Shown piece after piece: positions 23,544-33,800 of a stretch of DNA of 64,000 nucleotides. The translations under genes and the position numbers were made by a program. The notes below the pieces were generated by a model that made no database searches, was not told where the DNA came from, and worked only from the letters and a program-made list of their open reading frames with translations. This DNA comes from Lingula anatina. Lineage: Eukaryota > Animalia > Brachiopoda. The stretch lies in contig CM120643.1 in NCBI GenBank assembly GCA_051362555.1, positions 4,340,001 through 4,404,000 of the forward strand, given 5' to 3'. How positions within the stretch are numbered: position 1 is the stretch's first letter; each line of letters starts with the position of its first letter.

Positions 23544-26072
23544 ATGCACAATCACATGTCATCAGTGTCATAAATTGATACCTGTTCTATTGACCTATTC
23601 TATTCTATCTTACCTCTCTCCTTCACGAGCTCTGTCACAGTAGTTGTTGTGTCTTTGACATCAACTGAAGGAAAAAATGGAACACAAATTCAACATTCCA
23701 TGCCCATGCACAACAAGGATTCAATACCATAGTCAAAGATGTATTCAAAGATTTAGATCACTGAACAGGGAATAAAAACACAATGTTTGTAAGGGGCGGG
23801 TCTTGAGAGATTTTCTGACAGTCTTGCAAATTATATTTGTTGATCCATCCTCCATTGTGGTCTGTCTTCTGACAAAAAATTAAATCCCCATCAATGTTAA
23901 CTTCTAACCATCTTGCGGAAGACCCAGAAGACAGCCTCAATTTGCCCCTGTTTGTGTCTGAAAGCCTGTTTGTGTGTGTGTAAATTTTTTAAGTGTGTTA
24001 AATGAACACCTGTTAAATTGACCTTACTGTCTTACCTCTCTCCTCGCTGCCCTCAGCATCTGACACACTCTTTGTGTCTTTGATATCAGCTAAAGAAAAA
24101 AATGATATTTTAATAATATTTTATAATTTAAAAATACAAACTTAACATTCCATATCTGTGCATGTTCAAAAGGGATTCAGTAGGCCCATTACACTTTGAT
24201 GAAGACACATTCAAAGATTTAACTAACTTAAAAATAAATAAATTATCTTCATAAGTATGCTAAAAAATAGACTTTGCATAAGCAACATGCTTGTGGTGTG
24301 TATGTGCATGTGTATGTGTGTTTGTTAGTGTATGTGTGTGTGCAAGTATATTAAAATTCATAATGTTATTATTGGACAAAGAAAAAGAGGAAGGCCAGTC
24401 AAACGATGGAGGGATGAATTAGATGACTACTGGAAGTCTTGGAAGAAGAAACCTTGGCCAAACTGGAAATCTGAGGCTCAGGATAGGAAACAATGGCAAA
24501 AGCATGCTGAGGCCTTTGTCCAACAGTGGAACACTATAGGCTCTAAATGATGATGATGATGAATGTTATTATTTTACTATGATTCCAGCCTTACCTAATT
24601 CCTCAATGCTTTGGGTCTTAACAATTGCTACATTATTCTCTTCTTTGGTATCACCTGAAAGAACAGAATTGAATTTTAAGTAATACCATTTATGTATGTT
24701 GGAGTATGTTGGAGACAGAGAGAAGCGTGTTAGTCTGTTAATCTGATTGTATTCAGTGAGAGTTTCCATGGAGTTAGTGCACATTAGCTAGGTCTCCAAA
24801 TTCATTGCCAACAGCCCCTGAGGGTCCAGACTTGCACCCTGAGAGTCAAGATGTTGTTGTAATTTTATTTCATGAATCCTTCCTAAAAGATAAAAAATCC
24901 GTCAAGTTGATTGAATAAAGCAATGGTGTGGACTTACCACTTGTGTGGACTTCAGGCTTGTACATGTAGTCCCACTCTGGAATAAGATGGCATATTTATT
25001 TATTATTTACAAGTTATGATATACACTAAAATAAAGTCTTTAATGTATTTGACAATATTAAAGGACCATTTCATCATTTTTCTACAGTTTTTTTTATAGG
25101 ATAGTGAGATCAAGTAATCTTTTATTTCCAAATGTTGTACATGACAGATTTAAAAGGTTACGAGAATTACGAGTTCAAGCACCTTTTATTTCATGTCCAG
25201 TTCTCCCCAAGTACAGGTCACTTCCATGCTGTCCTTAGTGGTCACCTGGAGGCACCTGTTCCTAAAGGGTTCAGGCTCCCATGTCCAGCCAGACCCAGTG
25301 TGGTAAGGCTGAATAAATTTAAAGAATGAATGAATGAATGAAAAAACAAACAAATAAATAACTTAAAGATATGTTAATGTCTAAACTGAAAAATAAAATG
25401 TTTACTAATATATGCAATCACTGATAAATCAAATACACTAGAAGAAAGGAATGAAAGTTTTAATAAGTACTTAAATGTATCAGACTTTAAATTTTCTTTT
25501 TCAATTTTAAAGAAAATCATTTTTACCTGAGATCATTATTTTTGTAAAAAAAAAAAAAAGTCTCATACTTACATTTTGTGGCTTAATGAATTTCCATTCT
25601 ATATTTGAGCCCTTGGGCAGGAGAAACTCTGCCCTGAGGGATGGCACCCCCATATCAGTGAACCTTGACAGGTTCACACCTTTCTGGGGGTCCCATCCCC
25701 CGAGGGCAGTTCCCCTGCCCACCACTTTGGCCTTTAAATAGTTGTTTGTTAAGAAAACTCTTACAGTGGCCTTGGCTGTTCAAAGTAAAATAGAAAGAAA
25801 TACTATCAATATATAGTTTTTGATATTAACATTACAGACATTCAAACTGATCACTTAATTAATGTAAATAAAGAATAGGATATCTTACTTTCTTATTATG
25901 AACAAATTAAATTTTTTTTTATCTATATAACAACAAAAAATTGCAAGAGTAGTTTTAGGCCTGTTGTACTATAAAATACATACAGTCTGATTATACAAAC
26001 AGTGAAACACGCACACAACTTACGAGCACACTGTTCTTCTTTATTTATTTCATTTTCCATATCAGCTATCAT
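22063..26072 (-). CDS. Spliced orphan gene of nine short exons, ~161-aa charged/Thr-rich repetitive protein of unknown function (5' end may lie further upstream)
   Basis: Exons 26072-26024, 24976-24938, 24654-24595, 24089-24036, 23664-23614, 23092-23045, 22769-22716, 22483-22436 and 22145-22063. All eight donors are GTAAG, all acceptors but one are pyrimidine-rich, internal exons are 39/60/54/51/48/54/48 nt (multiples of 3) and all introns are phase 1. Product: MIADMENEINKEEQCAQWDYMYKPEVHTSGDTKEENNVAIVKTQSIEELADIKDTKSVSDAEGSEERVDVKDTTTTVTELVKERDKNKVTLVKTLSIEQIANIKDTKSVSDAEGIKEKVSINDTTTVKADVKERAPKNSGPSRWRRVLNLFTSCFRQRART*. Confidence 0.75.
23763..23953. mobile_element. Intronic MITE-like insertion
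   Basis: Imperfect inverted ends AACAGGGAATAAA ... TTTGCCCCTGTT. Not matched in the paralogous intron at ~22590-22650. Confidence 0.45.
24374..24561 (+). mobile_element. 5'-truncated RTE-clade LINE with target-site duplication
   Basis: Encodes GQRKRGRPVKRWRDEL...AQDRKQW..HAEAFVQQW, typical of the RTE ORF C-terminus. Ends in a (TGA)n tail. Flanked by AATGTTATTATT at 24362-24373 and 24562-24573. Confidence 0.9.
25614..25721. mobile_element. GC-rich palindromic MITE-like element
   Basis: GGGCAGGAGAAACTCTGCCCTGAGGGATGGCACCCCCA is an imperfect inverted repeat of TGGGGGTCCCATCCCCCGAGGGCAGTTCCCCTGCCC. Confidence 0.55.
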
Positions 26073-26086
26073 CTGCAATATAAATT

Positions 26087-27217
26087 AAAAGTAGGTCAAA
26101 GGTCAAATTTAAGGTCACAGTAAATTGTCAGTATATGACTTCCTATTCAAGTTCAATAGTGACTATGGACCTATCTCTGCCAGTTTTGGAGATAAAAGGG
26201 AAAGAAAATCTGCAAAGTTCAATTCATGATGAAAAGTAGGTCAAAGGTCAATTTCAAGGTCACACATAGATTGCCAGTATATGACTTCCTATTCAAGTTC
26301 AATAGTAACTATGGACCTATCTCTGCCAGTTTTGGAGATATAAGGGAACAAAATTTTGTAAACTTCAATTCATGGTGAAAAGTAGGTCAAAGGTCAATTT
26401 TAAGGTCACAATAAATTGCCTCTAATGACTTTCTATTCAAATTCAATAGTAACTATGGGTGTATCTTTGCCAGTTTTGCAGATAAAAGGGAACAAAAATT
26501 TGCAAAGTTCAGTTCATGGTAAAAAGTAGGTCAAAGGTCAAATTTAAGGTCACAGTAAATTGTCAGTATATGACTTCCTATTCAAATTCAATAGTGACTA
26601 TAGACCTATCTCTGCCAGTTTTGGAGATAAAAGGGAAAGAAAATTGTCAAAGTTCAATTCATGGTGAAAAGTAGGTCAAAGGTCAATTTTAAGGTCACTG
26701 TTAAATTGCCAGTATGCGACTTCCTATTCAACTTTAACAGAAACTATGGACCTATCTCTGCCAGTTTTGGAATTATAAGGGAACGAAAATTGGTAAACTT
26801 CAATTCATGATGAAAAGTAGGTCAAATGTCAATTTCAAGATCAGAGTAAATTGCCTCTAATGACTTCCTATTCAAGCTCAATTGTAACTATGGACCTATC
26901 TCTGCCAGTTTTGGAGATTAAACGGAACCAAAATTTGCAATGTTAAGTTCATGGTAAAAAGTAGGTCAAAGGTCAATTTCAAGGTCACACTTAGATAGCC
27001 AGTATATGACTTCCTATTCAACTTTAATAGTAACTATTGACCTATCTCTGCCAGTTTTGGAGATAAAAGGGAACAAAAATTTGCAAAGTTCAGTTCATGG
27101 TGAAAAGTAGGTCAAAGGTCAATTTCAAGGTCACATCTAGATTGCAAGTAAATGACTTCCTATTCAACTTAAATAATAACTATTGACCTATCTCTGCCAG
27201 TTTTGGAGATATAAGGG
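26087..27217 (+). repeat. ~145-bp tandem array, 8 copies, probably the core repeats of a Helentron/HINE-like element
   Basis: GTAGGTCAAA starts at 26091, 26236, 26382, 26526, 26671, 26817, 26961 and 27107 (periods 144-146). Confidence 0.93.
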
Positions 27218-27590
27218 ACTAAATGTTACAATTCTGAGTTACATATTTTATGGCCGCTACTCCCGTGAAAATGCACTGATTGACCCCAAATTCATGGAGA
27301 TGAAAGATGACCCAAAGGGTAACACTTTCCAATATAATTATTGGTTAAGTCTGTGTAGTGTCTGAATAACAGTGCAAATAATATTTTTTTTTCGTAAAAA
27401 ATTTCATTTTTTTGAAAATTTTGGCCCATTTGACCTTGAAATAAAGGTCAAAGATCTAATCCAAGGGCATATTTGAAATCTACACATATGACTTTTGGAA
27501 AGCCGTCTGTAGAAAATTTTCCCATAATTCCTTCCGTAGGGTAGATAATTGGCATTGAATTTTCAAAAATTTTGACATGGGTGCATTTCA

Positions 27591-27852
27591 ACTAGCGTCA
27601 CGCCCAGGTCAATGCACCGACTGAGACAAAAAAACCTGGGGGTTCAAGTTGAGGTTATATGTGACCTAAATCCAAGAGATGGGGACAGGGGTCATTGCGG
27701 TCTAGGAGGAGAAGCGGTAACGGTGACTTGTATCCGGCGCCAGTACGCGGAGCCGGCGGAGCCGGCGGAGCCAACGGAGCCGGCGGAGCCGGACGAGACG
27801 GGTCGGGACTAAAACCATGAGTACCGCCAGCGTACACGCTGGTGGTACTAAT
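27591..27852 (+). mobile_element. Short non-autonomous Helentron/HINE-like element
   Basis: Begins ACTAG, has a 9-bp GAGCCGGCG microsatellite near the 3' end and a terminal hairpin AGTACCGCCAGCGT-AC-ACGCTGGTGGTACT (27820-27849). This is the layout of HINE/DINE-like elements. Confidence 0.6.
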
Positions 27853-28258
27853 TAAAGAAATCGTGTTAACGGGATACTAGAATTCTGTATCTTTATTTGG
27901 TAGTTTGTAATGTAAACTTCATTTGTACCATTACCAGAATGATCAGCAAATCGTCATGTGACAAGAAATTTTTAAGAATTTCATTTAAAATATGAATTAA
28001 TCACATAAAAAATCATGAATGACGGATAAAAAGGCGCAGTGTGGGCTTACATAGAACTTGCTACAGAATTTCAGATTTGAATAAAAAATAAAACTTACCA
28101 GCGACTGTGTAGACATTGTCTCTTCGCTTTGTTTACTAAAACAATAAACAGGAATAATTATTGTATAAAAGAATTTCATTGGACGGTTCCTGTATTGTTT
28201 CCTTAACTTTAAACCAATCAGATTGACGCTTCGTTGAAGCTCTCGACCTTGAGTCTTT

Positions 28259-28793
28259 CTAATAAATGGAAATCACAATATATCGTAATATATATAACAG
28301 TGCCTGGACCCTGGTCATATCTATTGCGGATCCAGAACTCTCTCCCTCCTCGCACGAGCTTCTTAGAAAGCAGGCGGTGAACCTGTTGCTGATACTTGTC
28401 AGTCCCTTACAAATCCTAAGTCTCACCTCTTGCACAGCGCCATCTATACTCAACAATTTTTTATATGGCGTGGGCAAAGGGTGACGCTGAAAAGCCCGAA
28501 TTTTCATCAAACGTTCTGCACACTGAGTTTCACCATACATCAGGACACTTTTCTTAGATGGTTTTGTTATAGATTCTATTGACAAACTTAATCGGTGAAT
28601 TCAGGATGAGACATCTAAAGTGACGGACACATATGGTATCGACTGTGTCAGTTGTTCACTGTTCACATCACGATGCAATGTGCTGGTGAAGATTTTACAA
28701 AATGCTTCAGAACCTTGACGCTGCAGATTAAAAGCGCTCTTGGAGATCTAGCAAGATTGCACGCAGTCATCTACTTCAGTTTTGCCATTCCCT
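28259..28793 (-). pseudogene. Possible decayed coding exon, unknown family
   Basis: The 108-aa ORF (28259-28585) continues upstream in frame through two stops (GNGKTEVDDCVQSC*ISKSAFNLQRQGSEAFCKIFTSTLHRDV...SS*IHRLSLSIES...). Composition is more balanced than the flanks. No family recognised. Confidence 0.3.
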
Positions 28794-29647
28794 TTTCATG
28801 TGCAATTACCCAATGCCTTACGAAGGTGAGGCAATAAAATGAAGAACTAGCGTTATTCCTTCTTATATAATTTTTAAGTGGGCCTTTTTCTTGTTTCTTT
28901 TGAGTCATCTGTCGAAATAGTAATATATGAACTTAACTATGAACAACTAAAACTTCCCATGGCGTGTCCACTTACATGAACTAGCACTACCATCCTGAGT
29001 TTCAGAAAGCACCATAAACCCACCTCAGTACTGGTACAGTGTATGCTTGAGCGTCAACTTACAACAACACTTTTTTTGATAAATTTATTTTATAAAATAT
29101 TTCTTTGCAGTTTATTTGATGCTTGGACATAATAAGAGAAGGACCTGAAATGCAGAGCAAGATCAAAGGATAATTGGCTTTACGCGAGCTCTTTGCGAAA
29201 CCATGTGCGTTCGGATCACGTGACCTCCTGTACAGGTAGCAAGCATATCGCAGTTGTCGATGACATTTGTGTCATTGGGGCAGGTAGTTGGCGATAACGT
29301 GAGTCAATCCTTCGGGTGGATGAGACAATAAACTTATAGAGATTAAGTATAAATACAATTTGTTCTGTCAATTTGGAAGCTGTGTGAGAATTTGATATAT
29401 TTGTTCATGAAGGAATTCAAAATGCCCTTTGTGGTAAAGGCAATCTTGTTTGGAGCTATCAAAACAGCTTATCTGAGACAATGGGCGAATGTTTACCCGA
29501 ACGCACATAGCTTCAAAGGAAGATGCCGCGTTTCACTTCCTTTCCTTTTTATGCCCAAGTTTAATGTAAGTCTAATATTCTGTATCTTGAGGAAAAACCC
29601 TGGTAATTGACTTTTTTGTCTTTTCCAGTTTATCATCTGACTCCACA

Positions 29648-29845
29648 CTACACTGTACTACACTGTACTAGGAGGCACAGGACTATACTGCCACAATGGA
29701 ACACAATGACTCCAGACTACTACACTGTACTAGGAAGCACAGGACTATAATGCCACAATGGAACACAATGACTCTAGACTACTACACTGTACTAGGAGCC
29801 ACAGGACTATATTAAAATAAAAATAATAAAACACAATGACCGCAG
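29648..29845. repeat. 62-bp minisatellite, about 3 copies
   Basis: CACTGTACTAGG at 29661, 29723 and 29785. Confidence 0.9.
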
Positions 29846-30884
29846 GCTTATTTTCAAGATGGTCAGATAACAACATGAGTTTCATAAATCTTCATAAGTA
29901 AATCTCATTGTCTTCTGGATCTTTACATATTTCAGTGAATTTTTGAATCTGTAATGCTGCTTAATCACAGCCTTTCAGCAAGTTTTTCATCTTGTTCAAT
30001 GTAATGCCTGATATTTAGGTGAATTTGTGCTGCTAATGATGTAAGAATTTTGATGTAAATTACCCAGGTATTTTAATGCTTTGTCAAAGAAAGTGAAGGA
30101 ACAGTTTTAAGACACTTGAAAATAAAGTAGATTGTTTTAAAGATGTATTTTTTATTGTCTTCCTGTGGATCACACATGTCCTCCATATATGTTTGTATGT
30201 GGTAATATTGTTGCTGTATCAACTTAACTTGGAGATGTTACCACAGCAATGACTGTAGCAATGACAGTAATTAGGAAGGGTGTAGTAAGTATTGCTTAGA
30301 ATGAAGATGGATATCAAAGAAATGGGTTGTCAGGTAGTGGGTTTCGACTTTACTGAAGCTATAAAGATTGCTTGTCAATTTAGTAAACTCAGGAATTTAG
30401 AGACGAGTAATGGGTGCATTTGACCAGAAAATACCGACTTCTTTGTTTGAAAACATGATATAAAATTATGTTCCAGCTTTAAAGTACAGATATTGGTCCA
30501 TTTGTAAAACTGTTTCAAAGCTGATTCATATACTGCTATTGAAAAAGATGTATGTAGTCACCTGTTATCAATTCCAGCATTCCCAACTTGTCCACATAGG
30601 ATGCCATTCACTCTCAGCAGGTTGGCTGTCATGGATCACATTTGCCATTGATAGCAAGAAGAAGTCTTGTATGGGTATATATTGTTTTCCAGATGACAGT
30701 TATAGGTAATTTGCAACCTCCTACACAAACAAACTCATAAAACAAACTCAACTCATTACATTTGCTGTTTTCTTTGAGAGTAAATAATACATTGTAATAT
30801 TGATTCGGAAATATTTCTTTTCAAATTGGTTAATTCTCTCTCTTCTGATTATCAATTTCCAATAAACTTGACACTTAAAAAAAG

Positions 30885-33800
30885 ACACAGACTACTGATC
30901 ATCTTATCACAGATTTTCATTGTTGTTAAGCACCATTTCTACAGATTTCAGAAACACTGGACAAAATTTGTCAAAATTTTTAACGTTTAACTGTTTTGAA
31001 TCATGGAATTTGCCAGTGTTTTCTGTGTAATTTCCAGTTTTCTCAAATATATCATCTGAAGAAAATACTTTTCTTTAGATACAGTCAACTGATCATCTTA
31101 TCACAGATTTTTATTGTTGTTAAACATCACTTGTAAAAAATTCAGAAATATTGGACAAGATTTGACAAAATTATTATCGTTTAACTATTTTATGTCATGG
31201 AATTTGCCAGTGTTTTTGAGTAATTTTCAGAATTCTCAAATATATCGTCCAAAGAAAATGCTTTTCATTAGATATGGTCAACTGATCAGCTTATCATAGA
31301 TTTTAATTGTTGTTAAGCATCATTTGTACAAATTTCAGAAATATTGGATTAGATTTGACAAAATTATTATCGATTAACTATTTTAAGTCATTGCATTTGC
31401 CAGTCTCAATGTTATTTTCAACTTTTTCAGTTATATTGTTTTTTTTTCCAGAGTACCCTTACCATGAAAAGGCAGGCAGTGAAAGACAGCACCAAGAGCA
31501 GCACTATGTCTTATCCATGTGTACAATACATGATATGATTTAGGATATTGTCAAATATTGTGCTAACAGCATCCCATTCCAGAAACCCATTGTAAGGATT
31601 AATCTGCATCTGGCATTGATAGTAAGGGGAAGTGTTGCATGGGTATATATTGTTTTCCAGATAACAGTTATAGGTAATTTGCAACCTTTTACACAAACAA
31701 CCTCAAGTCATCACATTTGCTATTTTATTTTATATTCACATTGCAAAATTATTAACATTTAACTATTTTAAGCCATGGAATTTGCCAGTGTTTTCAGTGT
31801 AATTTTCAGTTTTTTCAAAGATATTGTCGCAAGAAGATACTTTTCATTAGACACAGTCATTTGATCAGCTTATCACAGATTTTTATTGTTGTAAAGCATC
31901 ATTTGTATAATTTTCAGAAACACTGTAAAAGATTTGACAAAATTATTAACGTTTAACTATTTTAAGTCCTGGAATTTGCCAGTCTTTTCAATGTAAATTT
32001 CAGTTTTCCAAAATACTTTGTCCCAAAAAACACTTTTCATTAGATGCAGTCAACAGATCATCTAATCACAGATTTTTATTGTTGTTAAGCATCATTAGTA
32101 CAAATTTCAGAAACACTGTACAAGATTTGACAAAATTATTAACGTTTAACCATTTTAAGTCATGGGATTTGCCAGTCTTTTCAATGTAAATTTCAGTTTT
32201 CCCCAAATACGTTGTCCCAGAAAACACTTTTCATTAGATACAGTCAACAGATCATCTAATCACAGATTTTTATTGTTGTTAAGCATCATTTGTACAAATT
32301 TCAGAAACACTGTACAAGATTTGACAAAATTATCAACGTTTAACTATTTTCAGTCGTGGGATTTGTCAGTCTTTTCAATGTAAATTTCAGTTTCCCCAAA
32401 TATATTGTCTCTAAAAGACACTTTTCAATAGACACAGTCAACTGATCAGCTTATCACAGATTTTTATTGTTGTTAAGCATCATTTGTAAAAATTTCAGAA
32501 ATATTGGACAAGATTTGACAAAATTATTAACATTTAACTATTTTAAGTCGTGGAATTTGGCAGTGTTTTTAGAGTAATTTTCAGTTTTCTCAAATATGTC
32601 ATCTGAAGAAAATACTTTTCAATAGATAAAGGCAACTAATCAACTTATCACAGATTTTTATTGTTGTTAAGCATCATTTGTACAAATTTCAGAAATATTG
32701 GACTAGATTTGACAAAATAATTATCGTTTAACTATTTTAAGTCATGAGATTTGCCAGTCTTTTCAATGAAATTTTCAGTTTTTTCAGTTATATTGTTCTT
32801 TTTCCAGAGTACCCTTACCATGGAAAAGCAGGTAGTGAAAGACAGCACCAAGAGCAGCACTATGTCTTATCCATGTGTACAATACATGATATGTGGCAAG
32901 ATTTAGGACATTGTCAAATATTGTGATAACAACAACCCATTCCAGAAACCCATTGTAAGGAGTAATCTGCTTCTGGCATTGATAGTAAGGAGAAGTCTTG
33001 TATGGGTATATATTGTTTTCCAGATAACAGTTATAGGTAATTTGCAACCTCTTACACAAACAACCTCAAATCATCACATTTTCAATTTAATTTATAATCA
33101 CATTGCAAAATTATAAACATTTAACTATTTTAAGCCATGGAATTTGCCATTGTTTTCAGTGTAATTTACAGTTTTTTCAAAGATATTGTCCCAAAAAACA
33201 CTTTTCATTAGACACAGTCATTTGATCAGCTTATCACAGATTTTTAATGTTGTAAAGCATCATTTGTATAATTTTCAGAAACACTGTACAAGATTTGACA
33301 AAATTATTAACGTTTAACCATTTTAAGTCATGGAATTGCCAGTCTTTTCAATGTAAATTTCAGTTTTCCCAAATCCGTTGTCCCAAAAAACACTTTTCAC
33401 TAGATGCAGTCAACAGATCATCTAATTACAGATTTTTATTGTTGTTAAGCATCATTAGTACAAATTTCAGAAACACTGTACAAGATTTGACAAAATTATT
33501 AACGTTTAACCATTTTAAGTCATGGGATTTGCCAGTCTTTTCAATGTAAATTTCAGTTTTCCCCAAATACGTTGTCCCAGAAAACACTTTTCATTAGATA
33601 CAGTCAACAGATCATCTAATCACAGATTTTTATTGTTGTTAAGCATCATTTGTAAAAATTTCAGAAATATTGGACAAGATTTGACAAAATTATTAACGTT
33701 TAACTATTTTAAGTCGTGGGATTTGTCAGTCTTTTCAATGTAAATTTCAGTTTCCCCAAATATATTGTCTCTAAAAGACACTTTTCATTAGATACAGTCA

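Noticed and set aside
25572-25775. Extra candidate exons (11-nt CCAAGGCCACT; 39-nt GSNIEWKFIKPQN)
   Set aside because: They end in phase 0 and break the phase-1 chain, and one acceptor overlaps a palindromic MITE. Left out of the model but not excluded as minor isoforms.
27612-27837. ORFs with EPA/PAP repeats
   Set aside because: Translation of the 9-bp microsatellite of a HINE-like element.
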